NCBI GenBank assembly: GCA_013416795.1
Contig: RQSC01000018.1
Location: 193,274-257,273 of the forward strand
Source of the DNA: Prasinococcaceae sp. CCMP 1430
Lineage: Eukaryota > Plantae > Prasinodermophyta
Direction of reading: 5' to 3'
Length of the DNA: 64,000 nt
In this document: piece by piece, positions 43,283-54,130 of the stretch
Position numbering within the stretch: position 1 is the first letter of the stretch
How the letters are laid out: every line of letters begins with the position of its first letter
Translations under genes and position numbers: made by a program
The notes under the pieces: model-generated
What the model saw: the letters and a program-made list of their open reading frames with translations, nothing else
The model's database searches: none
Told to the model about the DNA's origin: nothing

Positions 43283-44824
43283 TTACAATGTGGCGATGGC
43301 ATCCCCGAGCGCCCATGCGGCCTCAACCTCGACGCCCTTGGGCCCGTACTTGATCTTCTTAACGAAGGTGACGGTGTCGTTGTCGCGCAGGCCGATGGCC
43401 TTGGTGAGCAGCGCGTAGATGTAAGACGCGTCCACGCACATGAACGGGTGGTCGCGGCCCTTGGGGAAAGCAGTTGGCAGGTTGGCGAAGGACGTCTCGC
43501 ACACGGACTTGCCTGAGGCGACCATCGCACCGACCTGGCCCGAGACGGTCTCATCGTTCCCGCTGAAGGCAAAAGCCTTGGTCTCCTCTGCGCGCTCGTA
43601 GAGGTAGGACATGAGATACATGCTCTTGGCGCCTGCGCCGTAGCCGCCACCCCACGCGCCATCGAACGAGCACGCGGTCGTCACCTCGCACGGTGCGCCA
43701 ACACGCATCGCGCTAGCCACGGCGTCGACGCATCCATCGAAAGCTCCAGTGCTCGCGCCGGCGGGCAGCGTCGAGGCGCCCCCGTTATACTTAAATTCGG
43801 TGGCCTCGGCGCCCTTCAGCGCGCACGAGCCCGCGGCGGCCTGCTTGAGCGTCGCCGCACGGCCCGCCATGAGGCCAAAGCCCAGGTAGGAATGCTGATA
43901 CACGTGATAGGTACGCCCGCCGCCCCTGATATCCTTGACGTAGCCCTCGGGCGCGCCCTTCGCGGCGCCCGCCTCGACGGCATAAACCACCTGCACGGAG
44001 CCTCCGCCGAGGTCTGTGACGCCCACGGTTTGGTCGAGCGGCTTGCCCATGTTGCCGAGGAGGTAGTTGACGGCGACCCAGCCGTACGCGCCTTCGTCAG
44101 CGCCATCGAGGATGCTCACGTTGTTCTCGTGGAACTTGAAGCCCGTGACAGCGAGCGTCTTGCGCACGGCGACAAGGATGTCCTCGGCCTGGTGGCCGGG
44201 GAGCATGCGCAGGCCCGCCGTCGCCCGCAGCGTGACGACCGTGTCGGCACGCGCAGCCTCCGGCACGCGCTCGAGGGCTTTGTCGATCAGCGGCCCCAGC
44301 GATGCCGCGGCGGCCTCGGCGTCGCCCGCGTACGAGCTCAGTCCGGGCTTGAGCTGCTCGAAAAGCTCATCCAACAGCACCGGGCCCGATCCTGCCGCCT
44401 CAAAGCGGTACACGTGCACGCGGCTGCCGGTCGATCCCGCGTCGAAGACAACCGAGTACTTGAGGCCCGTCGGCGCCAAGTGCCCTACGGTGGAGCCCGC
44501 CTCATCCCAAGCCGTGGGCGCGCGCGGCCAGAGCGCTACGACCAGCATGAGCACCATCACGGGCACCGACACAACGAGCAGTACCCCGCGGTAGCGGTGG
44601 AGCGTGTCCACTGCCGTCTCGCGGCGGTTCCAGCGCGGCGGCATGGCCGCGCGCTGCTGCTGCTGCTGATGGTGCTGCTCTGGCCGCGGCGGTGCCACGC
44701 CCTGCTGCTCCGGCGCGCCCGCCGCGCCGCCGGTCCCTTCCTCCGCAGCTACATCCTTTGCCTCCCCATCCGCAGCCGCGGCGGGCTTGTCCCCCGCCGC
44801 CTGCTCGCCCGCTGGCGCCGCCAT
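43283..44824 (-). CDS. Apyrase (GDA1/CD39 NTPDase, APY1/2-like) with an N-terminal TM anchor
   Basis: ACR motifs VFDAGSTGSRVHVY, LRATAGLRML, DGADEGAYGW, DLGGGSVQ, WALG. Confidence 0.92.
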   Translation of the reverse strand: MAAPAGEQAAGDKPAAAADGEAKDVAAEEGTGGAAGAPEQQGVAPPRPEQHHQQQQQRAAMPPRWNRRETAVDTLHRYRGVLLVVSVPVMVLMLVVALWPRAPTAWDEAGSTVGHLAPTGLKYSVVFDAGSTGSRVHVYRFEAAGSGPVLLDELFEQLKPGLSSYAGDAEAAAASLGPLIDKALERVPEAARADTVVTLRATAGLRMLPGHQAEDILVAVRKTLAVTGFKFHENNVSILDGADEGAYGWVAVNYLLGNMGKPLDQTVGVTDLGGGSVQVVYAVEAGAAKGAPEGYVKDIRGGGRTYHVYQHSYLGFGLMAGRAATLKQAAAGSCALKGAEATEFKYNGGASTLPAGASTGAFDGCVDAVASAMRVGAPCEVTTACSFDGAWGGGYGAGAKSMYLMSYLYERAEETKAFAFSGNDETVSGQVGAMVASGKSVCETSFANLPTAFPKGRDHPFMCVDASYIYALLTKAIGLRDNDTVTFVKKIKYGPKGVEVEAAWALGDAIATL

Positions 44825-45334
44825 CGCGTGCGCGCCCCGGCGAGGCGCCTGGAAAAAGCGCCCCCGCCCAAAGGCGCCCGAAGGCGCCCGCCGCTCGCTC
44901 GCTCGCTCGCCCACCCGCCCGAGGGCACGATCGCCTCCCCCGGCGGATGGCCTCGCGCCCCGCTTGTCCCCCTCCCCCCTCCGCGGAAAGGACCGCGCCG
45001 CGCCGCGCCGCTTCCCCCCCTCCTTCCGCCGCAGGGCGTGCCCCTGCCTGCGCGCCGCGACGGGCCGAGAGCATTCCCTGAGGTCCCCGGGCGAGCGGGC
45101 GGGCGGGGCGGGGGCGAGGCGCACGCGCAGCGGCGCGCCGTCGCATGCCAGCGCCCAACACCCCTGCGCTTCCACGTGCGCAAATCGGGCAAATCGGGAC
45201 GAATTCGGAACGATACCACGGCGCGGAAACCTGGCCGTGACGACCTCTCGAGAGCGAGGAGAGCGCTGCTGCGGGGCGCCGCCACAGGCCGCGGCCGGCG
45301 CGCCGCGCCGCAGCGGGCGCCGGCGCGGGGCGCG

Positions 45335-47485
45335 ATGGACGGCGGCGGCAAGCAGCAGCACCCGCCGCAGCACGTGCCGCCCGCCAAGCAGGCGGCACAT
45401 GCGCCGGAGGCCGAGAGGCGGCGGCTGTTCGTGGTCTGTGGCAAGGGCGCGCGCGCAGCTGAGCTCGCGGCGCTCTTTCGGCAGTACGGAGCGCTCGCAC
45501 GCGAGCCGCACGTCGTCGTCGACAAGCACAGCGGCGCCCCGCGCGGGTGCGCGTATGTACACTTCCGTGCGCCTGCGGACGCCGCGGCAGCGGCGGAGGC
45601 GCTGGACGGCGCGCAAAAGACCTTCGCCGACGGGATCGCGCGGACCCTGAAGGTCGTAGTTGCAGAGCCCCGCGATGCTGGAGGCGGCGGAGGCGACGAC
45701 GCGGGCGAGGTGCAGCAGCGTCAGCAGAAGCCAACGCAGCAGGAGGCGGCGCAGCAGCCGGCGGCGGCGGCGGCGGCGCCGCAGCAGCATCAGCAGCCAC
45801 AGCCCGAGGCGGCGCAGCACCCGGACAATATCCCGCCTCGCAGCCGAGTCTTCGCGATCGTACCGCGTGACGCAGACGAGGCAGCTCTCTGCGAGGCATT
45901 TCGTAGCGCTGGCGGAGCGCAGTTACAGGGTGTGACGCTCGTACGAGACAAAAACACGGGCGAGTCCAAGGGCGCGGCTTACGCCAAATTTGCCACAGCA
46001 GCGGCTGCCGCCGCGCTCATTGAGCAGACGATGGAGACGAACGGTGGTCAGGTGGGTCAGTTCAAGGTCACCTTGAAGCTCGCCGAGCCTCGCGCAGCCA
46101 AGTCTGTGTCGAGCACGGGGGGCAATGCCAATGGGAATGGGGCGCACGGAGCACAGAGCAGCGGCGGCAATAGCACTGCGCGGGGGCACCGCACGCGCCG
46201 TGGCAAGCGAGCGCACCACCCGTCGATGTCGCGGTCTGTCGAGAGCGGGGCAACGGGCGCGGCCCCTGCATCGCGGCGGCGCACTGAGAGCAGTTCGGAC
46301 ACTGCGACCTCCGCCGCACGCCATGCGCACTCTCAGCATGCTCAACAGGCTCAACAGGCGCAACAGCAAGAAGTGATCTCAGGCATGGATATACACAGGA
46401 GTGTGGTGGCTGCGCTCGGAGACTCGTTCGCGCAGGTCATGGGTGTCCGCGACACGGCAGGATCTCCCAGCACCTCAGATACATCGCGCGCGCACTCGCT
46501 GCCACCCGCCGCGATGGCCGCGATCGCATCGCAGCTACTTCGCAACGCCGGCATGACGAGCGCAGCTGCTGTCGCCGCGGCGGCCGCTGCTGAGGCGGCC
46601 ACCGTAGACTTTCACCAAGCATCTGCCGAGGCTCAACGCCAGCAAGTGCACATGCAAGCCTACGCGAATCTGCAGGCGTATGCGCAGGCGAGGCAGGCGC
46701 AAGAGACGCAAATGCCATTTTTCCCCGCTCAAACGTTTAAGGCGCAGCCTTGCGCGTACGTGAACCCTGGACAACACGTACCTCACAGAGCAACCCCGCC
46801 TGGAGGTGCAACCCTGCCGCAGGCTTGTAGCGCTGCACTCGTGGAGCACAGCCCACGCGGCGATGAAACCCACGAAGCGCCGAGGACGCAGGAGGTGGAC
46901 AGGGACGATGTCGTCGACGCTCAGGTCAGCGGAGACTCCGCCAGCACGGCTGTTGCCGCGGGCGAGCGACAGCAAGGCGTCGAGGCGGTGATGGTCGCAC
47001 GGGGCTCGGGGCGGCCAACGCAGGAGAGTGCCAGTGGTGGGGCTGATACGCAACAGCCTCCAGTGGACGAGCGCAGGTTGTTTGTGACTTGGTCGAATGC
47101 GCTGCCAGTCGCGGGGGGCGAGAGTGCGCTGCGTGCGGCCTTTGAATGCTTCGGCACGCTTGAGTCGTTCCGCGTTGGCCGTAAGGGCGGGGGTGGCAAC
47201 GGTAGCGCTGGCGGCAGCAGCACATTTGCGCACGTCGCCTTCACTTCCCGCGATGCGGCTACTGAAGCAAAGCGCGCTCTGGATGGAACCGAACCCGTCG
47301 CGGGCGTTGGGCTTCTGCGATGTCAGGTGGCTGATCCGGGGCATGGGCGGCGCAAGCGCCAGCGTGTCGATGCCGGGCAATCTCCAGCAGCAGGGGGCGA
47401 CGGTCGCCGTCCCCGGAGCCAGGAACGTCCAGCGGCTATTGTAAGCCATGGCCACGAGCAGCAGGGGCGTGGAAAAAAGTTGTAA
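45335..47485 (+). CDS. Multi-RRM RNA-binding protein (RBM45-like)
   Basis: Three RRMs (RLFVVCG..RGCAYVHF; PPRSRVFAIV..RDKNTGESKGAAYAKF; RRLFVT..FAHVAF). ATG at 45335. Confidence 0.75.
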   Translation: MDGGGKQQHPPQHVPPAKQAAHAPEAERRRLFVVCGKGARAAELAALFRQYGALAREPHVVVDKHSGAPRGCAYVHFRAPADAAAAAEALDGAQKTFADGIARTLKVVVAEPRDAGGGGGDDAGEVQQRQQKPTQQEAAQQPAAAAAAPQQHQQPQPEAAQHPDNIPPRSRVFAIVPRDADEAALCEAFRSAGGAQLQGVTLVRDKNTGESKGAAYAKFATAAAAAALIEQTMETNGGQVGQFKVTLKLAEPRAAKSVSSTGGNANGNGAHGAQSSGGNSTARGHRTRRGKRAHHPSMSRSVESGATGAAPASRRRTESSSDTATSAARHAHSQHAQQAQQAQQQEVISGMDIHRSVVAALGDSFAQVMGVRDTAGSPSTSDTSRAHSLPPAAMAAIASQLLRNAGMTSAAAVAAAAAAEAATVDFHQASAEAQRQQVHMQAYANLQAYAQARQAQETQMPFFPAQTFKAQPCAYVNPGQHVPHRATPPGGATLPQACSAALVEHSPRGDETHEAPRTQEVDRDDVVDAQVSGDSASTAVAAGERQQGVEAVMVARGSGRPTQESASGGADTQQPPVDERRLFVTWSNALPVAGGESALRAAFECFGTLESFRVGRKGGGGNGSAGGSSTFAHVAFTSRDAATEAKRALDGTEPVAGVGLLRCQVADPGHGRRKRQRVDAGQSPAAGGDGRRPRSQERPAAIVSHGHEQQGRGKKL

Positions 47486-47593
47486 AGTATGCTTATCTAG
47501 TACAGTACTATCTATAGACTAGAGTGTGTACATGTTTTGCTAGCAGTCCGTGTCGCCTATCTAACCTTGGCAACTACCTGTGCCTCCTTGCAC

Positions 47594-50500
47594 CTACCCT
47601 GAGCATGATGCGCGCTGTCGGAGCGTCCTCGTGCACCTCTCGCCATAAAATGCGCGGTACGGCTCCGGCAGCTTGGCCAGCGCATCGCCTGCCTGCCTCG
47701 CCAGGCTGGCGGCCGCCTCGGCACGCACCGGGTCGCGATTGCCGTACAGGTCCTTGGCAGCGAGCTCGGAAGGCGCAAGCCCGCGCCAAAACACATTGGC
47801 AGAGACCGAAAAGTCATCGAGGGTGGCCACCGCATGCACCCAGAGCGCCGGAATGTACAAAGTGTCGCCAGGTCTGAGCACGCATTCGAGTGCGCCCATG
47901 TGCTGAGCCGCAGCGAGCATGTCGGCCTCGTCCAGCAGCCGCGTCGAGCTGCTGTCGGGTGCGATGCCGAGCGAAGTGGCTGCCGCTGGTGGGAAGAGCA
48001 GCACTCGCTTGCTGCCACGCAGCTGCACGAGTGCGTTTTCCATCACGTCGAAGTGGGGCCACAGGCTGCACCCAGGCGAGGTCACGCGAAGTATGCTCGA
48101 GTGATACCTCTCCGGGGCGTACAGCTCGCTCGGGAGCGCAACGCCTTGAGCAAGATCCGGGAAATCCTTTTCCAGATTCGCCCTGTCGCTGCGGGAGTCG
48201 CGTCCAACCGAACGTAGGTACAAGCATTGCGTTGAACGTGCAGCGCCGCCATTGGGGGAGGGGATCGCCGCGGCCTTGCGGACAAAGTCGCCGAAGCCCA
48301 TCCTGACGTACTTGAAGTTTTTCCCGACAAAGTCCAGCGCCGCAGTGTCGTTGCACTCGTGCACGGTGACACTCGCGCCGGCACACGCGCTTGCAGCCAT
48401 CCTCTCGGGGCTCCATGCGTCCGGGCCAGCTGGCAGAACCTTAAGCCCGGTGATCACGGCAGGCACCATGCCGTGCCGCAGGTCGGCGCCTATAGTACAC
48501 ACATCTCGTTCGCCTGCCTCCAGAACCCTCACACGCGCAGGCAAGGGCTTTGGACAAATGTGTCGCGCAGCATCGGCAGCGCCCGCAACCCCGGGTGTCC
48601 GCAGCAGCGGCGCCATGCCTGCCTTCGGGTAGCAGGCCACATCGACAACGATGTGATCCACGCGCGGTGCGTACGACTTAACCCGCTCGATGTGCTGCAC
48701 GATGCATCGCAGCGGTGGTCCGCCGCACGAGCGCGCCGTTGCAAGGCTCTCGAGCGACGCCGCGCAGCCTCGCGCCCACGTCTGGGTCTCGTCGGTGCGC
48801 ACGTTGGCGTGTACGTGCAGGATGCCGCCCTCGGGGCGCAGGGCCTCGACAGCTGTGTGCCAGGATTTCTCAGAAGTTGGTATCAGGCCGAGCAGGACAC
48901 GATGCGCGACGCCTTTGGGCGCCATTTTGCGGTTGTCGCCCTCACGTACCTCGCAGCGCGCCTCGACACCGTTCCGGCGCAGGTTGTGACGGAGCGCCTG
49001 CGCGGCGGGCGCATTCCACTCGCACGCCACCAGATGCGCCACACCCGCTCGCCGTAGCAGCGGTATGGTAAAGTATCCGATGCCTGCAAAGAGGTCTACC
49101 ACAGTTTCGCCCCGCGCATGCACGTCGCCCATGCGTCGCTTCTCCGTCCCATTTCCGGACGAGTACATGACCTGCGTCACGTCCAGGCCGTACACCACGC
49201 CGTTGTCGCGCACCTCCGTCCAGCCTCCGGATGCGGCCGCGCCCGAACGTGCGTACAGGATCGCGGCGCGGCTGTGGCGCTTCTCGCTGGCGTCAATCTC
49301 CGCCTGGCGCGCGAGGCGATTGCAGCCCAGTGCGCGCGCGACGACCTCCCAAATCGAGGGGGGTGCGTCCACGCCAGCTGTGGCAGCCGCCTCGATGTAG
49401 GGAGCCCACTCTTCGGCGGTGAATGCGCGCTGACTGAGCATGGCCACGTCGCCCAGCATCTCCCAACGCAGCGCTTTCGCCTCGGCGGCTGCGAGCGCAT
49501 CGGCAGCCCGGGCGTCGAGAGATCGCGTGCCTGCGGTGGTTGCGGCGCGCAGGTAGTCGCACAAGCCCACGCGCAGGGCATCGCGCGGCGTGAGCGATGT
49601 GCGAGTGAGCACAGCGCTCCGGCCGCCGTCGCCCTGGCCGCCCTCAACCCCGAACTCCTCATCGCGCACAACCCGCGCCTCGGAAACTCTGTCGAGAAGG
49701 CCGATCGCGGCAGCGAGTATCTGAAGGACGCGCACGTCGGCGTCGGATTCATCACTGCCATCGGCTGCCACGGCAAGCTCGCCATAGGTACTCGCCCCGG
49801 AGGCGGCCGAGCCAAGCACACCAACAGCGGCTGCGTGTACGATGGGCAAGACGACCTCGGTTTCTGTCACGGGTACGCGCATCGAGCGGTCAAGGAGCTT
49901 GGAGGACTTGAGCGCATCCTTCCACGCCTTGGCGCAGCGCTTGCGCACCGCGAGCGCCGCAGGCGGGGCGAGCGCGCACTGCGCGCTCACGTCGGTGGCG
50001 GGGGCGCCATCAGTGACGTTGAGCGCACCGAGCGCTGCAGGTATGTCGGAGCAGGTGGGAGCGTAGACACATGTGAGGTGGTCGAAGGCCTTCTCGAACC
50101 GCTCGATGCGCGCCCAGTTGTCGTGCATCTTGCCGTTAGATAGCCGCACGAGCGTGCGCAAGTACCGGTCGGACACAAGTAGCTCGCCGTTGAGCGCGAC
50201 AGGCACCTCGAGGCGCACCGAGCAGCGCACGCTGCAAACGTGGCGCTTGTTGGAGGGCGCAATGCCGGACTCCCGCAGGCCAGCGCCGACGGCCGCCGCC
50301 ACGAGCGCAGCGGCGGCTTGTGCAGAGCGGCACTCGACGGCGAGGATGAAGGGCTCGAAGCGCAGCGTCAGCGGCCCCGCGTGCGGCGAGGTATCGCGCG
50401 CGCAAGAGGCGGCTCTCACCACGGCCTCGGCGTCGGCGAGGCCGTGCTCGAGGTAGAGCCACTCGCCGCCGCCACGCTTGCGCTTTGGGTCGAAGTCGGT

Positions 50501-50767
50501 CTCGTCGCCGCCGTCGCCGCCAGGGGCGCGCGGCTCCTGGAAGAGCGCGAGCCTGCCAGAGCAGCTCGAGGTTGTGTAGTAGTCTTGCGAGGAGTTCACG
50601 CGCGCACAGAGCTCTTCCACGGGCGCGTCCACGCACCCCTTGCGACTACGGTCGACGCGCGCCGCTCCGTAGAGCGCCGTCATCGCTGCTGCGCGTCGCT
50701 GCTCAAACGCGGTGCCGCCGCCGCCGCCGCCGCCGCCGCATGCTGCCGCCGGCGTTGCCGCGACCAT
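47594..50767 (-). CDS. Wybutosine biosynthesis triple fusion TYW3 (methyltransferase) - TYW2 (aminocarboxypropyltransferase) - TYW5 (JmjC hydroxylase)
   Basis: TYW3: DRSRKGCVD..YYTTSSCSGR..FEPFILAVEC. TYW2: MYSSGNGTEKRRM..VVDLFAGIGYF..LGLIPTSE..VKSYAP. JmjC: LYLRSVG..LWPHFDVMEN..GSKRVLLFPP..LYIPALWVHAV. One uninterrupted 1057-aa ORF. Confidence 0.92.
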   Translation of the reverse strand: MVAATPAAACGGGGGGGGTAFEQRRAAAMTALYGAARVDRSRKGCVDAPVEELCARVNSSQDYYTTSSCSGRLALFQEPRAPGGDGGDETDFDPKRKRGGGEWLYLEHGLADAEAVVRAASCARDTSPHAGPLTLRFEPFILAVECRSAQAAAALVAAAVGAGLRESGIAPSNKRHVCSVRCSVRLEVPVALNGELLVSDRYLRTLVRLSNGKMHDNWARIERFEKAFDHLTCVYAPTCSDIPAALGALNVTDGAPATDVSAQCALAPPAALAVRKRCAKAWKDALKSSKLLDRSMRVPVTETEVVLPIVHAAAVGVLGSAASGASTYGELAVAADGSDESDADVRVLQILAAAIGLLDRVSEARVVRDEEFGVEGGQGDGGRSAVLTRTSLTPRDALRVGLCDYLRAATTAGTRSLDARAADALAAAEAKALRWEMLGDVAMLSQRAFTAEEWAPYIEAAATAGVDAPPSIWEVVARALGCNRLARQAEIDASEKRHSRAAILYARSGAAASGGWTEVRDNGVVYGLDVTQVMYSSGNGTEKRRMGDVHARGETVVDLFAGIGYFTIPLLRRAGVAHLVACEWNAPAAQALRHNLRRNGVEARCEVREGDNRKMAPKGVAHRVLLGLIPTSEKSWHTAVEALRPEGGILHVHANVRTDETQTWARGCAASLESLATARSCGGPPLRCIVQHIERVKSYAPRVDHIVVDVACYPKAGMAPLLRTPGVAGAADAARHICPKPLPARVRVLEAGERDVCTIGADLRHGMVPAVITGLKVLPAGPDAWSPERMAASACAGASVTVHECNDTAALDFVGKNFKYVRMGFGDFVRKAAAIPSPNGGAARSTQCLYLRSVGRDSRSDRANLEKDFPDLAQGVALPSELYAPERYHSSILRVTSPGCSLWPHFDVMENALVQLRGSKRVLLFPPAAATSLGIAPDSSSTRLLDEADMLAAAQHMGALECVLRPGDTLYIPALWVHAVATLDDFSVSANVFWRGLAPSELAAKDLYGNRDPVRAEAAASLARQAGDALAKLPEPYRAFYGERCTRTLRQRASCSG

Positions 50768-51370
50768 CGCTGCCGCCGCGCGCCGGGGGCAGAACTTCGA
50801 GGGCCCCCGGGGAATGGCTCGCCAACGCGTCGCCCTGCAGAGCGCGCGCGCACACTGGCAGCCGCCGCAGCATTTGGCCGCCCGCCCTGCAGCGACGCGG
50901 AGTTACGGTTACAATCGCATCTCACCTTGTTGTTGATATTCCTCCCACCCTCGACAATGATGCATAGCGTGTCGTGGTGCTTGATATTTGGGGTAGTGGT
51001 AGGGTCTTATCATACTACAAGTGCATGCACAGAGGCTCTGCCTGCATTTCAGCACTTCTGTGACGGGAATTTCAGATGCATTATCTGGTGAATTACGGAG
51101 TGTATTCGATGCAAGTTCCATTCCGCGGTTTGTGTAGTCCCGGCGGCGGCCAAGCGGCGGCCGCGCTGGCGCGCGCGTGCGCGAGCGCTCCCGCATGATG
51201 TGGACCGGAGAGGGGGACGGAGGCGGGGCATGAGCAGGTGGGACGGCTTGAGGCGTGGTGTGGCGTGGCTCGGGCCCGGAGGCTGAGGGCAGGCGTCCCC
51301 TCGCTCGCGAGTCCGGCGCGAGCCGCTCGCCACGGGGCCACAGCGCACGCGCCCAGCGCTGGCGCCGCGC

Positions 51371-53605
51371 GTGAGCGTTTGCGCAGGTGCCAGCGCTTGC
51401 GCGGTGGGGAGGGACCGTGCGCTTTTTCGAATCCTTCTTGTCGGCCTTGGCGGCGGCCGTGGCGGACGTGGTGGTGGGCGCAGTGGGCGCGGAGGCGGGC
51501 GCGGTGGCGGGCGCAGCGGGAAGGCGCCGCGTGGGGGCGGCAGCGGTCGCGCAGACGGCGGCGATGTGACCAAGCCCAAGGGCGGCGAGCGCGGCTGGGC
51601 CAAGGCAGGGGGCATGTCCTTCCTCAAGGGTCCCTCGCGCGGCGAAGGCGTCAAGGCGGCTACCGAACCGAAGAAATTGTCGGCCGCGCAGCACGCTAAG
51701 GCGCGCAACGACGCCAAGAGTGTGACTAAGGCAGTCGTCAAGGACGCGGTGGCACACTGGGAAAAGTTCCGCACGACGACGGCACCGAAGGCTGAGCGCG
51801 AGCGCCACGCTGACGCCGCGCTGGACGCGATGGCCGGTGACCTGGTGGCGCTGTGCATGGGGCCGAAGACGGCGCGCGTCGCACAGTCGGCCCTCAAGTG
51901 CGCGTCCGACGCCAAGCGTGCGGCAGCGTTTGCCGAGCTCACGCCGCACATGGCCGAGCTCGCCAAGGGGCGCCACGCGCACTTCGTGGTGAAGAAGCTG
52001 CTCGACTACTTCGAACGCAACGATACGGCCGCGCTCGAGAGTGCACTGAAGCGCAAGACGGCTATGCTGCTTCGCCAGCAGTGGAGCGCGGGCGTGGTCG
52101 ACCACCTGTACCACCTCGTGTCGGCCAAGCGCAGGAGGTTCATGCTGCTCGAGCTGTACGGCAAGGAGTTCACGCTGTTCGGCGCCGAGGACAACGTCGG
52201 TGCGGCTGCCGCTGATGCCGACGCCGAGCGCGCACCGACGCTGCCGCGCCTGCTCGCCAAGGCGAGCGGCGCAGACGCCCGCCGCGAAATTCTGCGGCGC
52301 ACATACGACGCAATGTGGCCATGCATCGAGAAGGGGCTTGTTGACAGCCCGTTGGTGCACAAGTGGCTGGCTGAGTTCCTGCCCGTGTGCCTGCCCGGCC
52401 AAATGGAGGAGCTCGTCGAGGCGCTGTGCGGACCAGTGCTGCTGCGCATGATGCACACCAAGGATGGGGCCGCGGCCTGCTCGTGGATCGTGTCGCGCGC
52501 AACCCCCAAGCAGCGCAAGGCGCTCGCCAAGGCATGCAAGGGCCATGTGGCGAAGATTGCTTCCAACGAACACGGCGCGATCGTTATGGCCGCCTTTCTC
52601 AGCGTCCTCGATGACACGGCGCTCGCCAACAAGGCGCTGCTCGGTGAGCTTCGGGCGGGAGCGGATGACGTGGTGTGCAGTCGTGCCGCAGGGCGCATGG
52701 TCGCCGCGGCGGCGCTCGCGCCGCCGTCGGCGACCTCCGTCGGCGCAGAGGCGGTGGCGATGTTCGAGGCATGCGGCGTGCTTATCTCCGCAACGCAGGG
52801 CGAGAACGCCGATGCCGACGCCGACGCCGGTGAGCTTGCGGGCGATGGCGACGATGACAGCGATGACGATGGCGACATTGCGGCTGAGATTGCCGAGGCT
52901 GCACGCGCCAAAAAAGCGGCGGCAAAGGCGGGCACCTCGGGCGTGAGCAAGAAGGCTGGCGAGAGGCGGCGACAGGAGCTCCTCGGCGGCTCAGGCCAGC
53001 TGGGCGCCACGGTGTGCGCGGCGGCCGCACGCAACGTCGGCAAGCTCATGCGTGATAGCAAAGGTGCCGGCGAGCTGCTCGTGGCGCTGGTCACTTCCAC
53101 GAGCCTCGCACAGGCATGTCCCGAGGGACTGGCCGAGGTGTGCGAAGCCATCGCGGAGGAGGCCGCCAGGGAGGAGGCAGGTGAGGCTGAGGCGGGTGGA
53201 GAGACGGAACGGGACAAGAGTGACGGGGACGAAGGAGAGGACGAGGACGAGGAAGAGTGGGAGCCTGTGCGCACGCACTTTTCCGGCAGCCGACTGCTGC
53301 GCCGGCTTCTGCAAGCGTCCCCTTTGGAGGGGCTGTCGCCCTCTCTGGCAGCGCGTGTGTGGCAGCGGGCGGTCAGCGGCAAAGTATCGATCTGGGGAAA
53401 GGACCATGGCGCCAAGGTGGTGGCGGCGCTGTGCGCAAGCGTGGACGCCGACGTCGCGAAGGCTGCGGCTCAGGAGGTCAAAGCAGCTGTGAAGGCCGGC
53501 GAGCTCGCCAAGGACGCGGTGCGAGTCGGCGGCAAGCGTGCCGCGGTCGAGGTGGCCGATGCTCCCAAATCGGCCTCAAAAACGAGCAAGCGCCTGCGGA
53601 AATGA
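51371..53605 (+). CDS. Puf6/PUM3/APUM24-like nucleolar PUF protein; start uncertain (first in-frame ATG 51614)
   Basis: ARVAQSALKC..AFAELTPHMAELAKGRHAHFVVKKLLDY, MHTKDGAAAC, RKALAKACKGHVAKIA, VLDDTAL..K. An RGG-rich segment lies upstream. Confidence 0.82.
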   Translation: MSVCAGASACAVGRDRALFRILLVGLGGGRGGRGGGRSGRGGGRGGGRSGKAPRGGGSGRADGGDVTKPKGGERGWAKAGGMSFLKGPSRGEGVKAATEPKKLSAAQHAKARNDAKSVTKAVVKDAVAHWEKFRTTTAPKAERERHADAALDAMAGDLVALCMGPKTARVAQSALKCASDAKRAAAFAELTPHMAELAKGRHAHFVVKKLLDYFERNDTAALESALKRKTAMLLRQQWSAGVVDHLYHLVSAKRRRFMLLELYGKEFTLFGAEDNVGAAAADADAERAPTLPRLLAKASGADARREILRRTYDAMWPCIEKGLVDSPLVHKWLAEFLPVCLPGQMEELVEALCGPVLLRMMHTKDGAAACSWIVSRATPKQRKALAKACKGHVAKIASNEHGAIVMAAFLSVLDDTALANKALLGELRAGADDVVCSRAAGRMVAAAALAPPSATSVGAEAVAMFEACGVLISATQGENADADADAGELAGDGDDDSDDDGDIAAEIAEAARAKKAAAKAGTSGVSKKAGERRRQELLGGSGQLGATVCAAAARNVGKLMRDSKGAGELLVALVTSTSLAQACPEGLAEVCEAIAEEAAREEAGEAEAGGETERDKSDGDEGEDEDEEEWEPVRTHFSGSRLLRRLLQASPLEGLSPSLAARVWQRAVSGKVSIWGKDHGAKVVAALCASVDADVAKAAAQEVKAAVKAGELAKDAVRVGGKRAAVEVADAPKSASKTSKRLRK

Positions 53606-54130
53606 GGCAACGTGAGGAGGTGCGTGAGCTCACGCGTGCCTTTTAGTACACGCGGGTGAGGGGCGCTCGCGCGCATCCACATTGGCTGTGAGGACAAGCA
53701 CGCTTCCACAGCCCGGGCAGCGCTCGTGCCGTCCGTCGGCACTGGCGTCTTCCGGGCGATGAGTGGTCCACCCGATCAAATTCTGGGTGTGCCTTGCTAA
53801 TCTGAGCTGGGCCCACGCCACGCCGGCGGTATGCCTTGTGTGCCATACGAGTATCCAGCGTCAGCTTGGTTGCCTTCGACACCGGTGCTGACAATCTGCT
53901 TCCTGCATGGCTCTGTACCTGCGCCCGCGTGCTCTTTGACTCCTTACGGAAGGCTCTCTCCGGTCAGCGCAGGCATGTGTGGTGCTCGTCCGTTCGTGGC
54001 GTAAGCAGCATGGTTCCTTGTGATGCTGGTTGGGGTCGGCACCCGGGTCTTATTACTTGTTTGTGCGTGTGGGCACCGTGCGGAGCAGTTGCAGAGCATA
54101 CACGCGCTCTTGAGGCCACCGCAGCGAGAG

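Noticed and set aside
50900-51130. AT-rich island as a box C/D snoRNA or transposon remnant
   Set aside because: There are only imperfect C-box-like words, no properly placed D box or terminal stem, and no terminal inverted repeats or target-site duplication.
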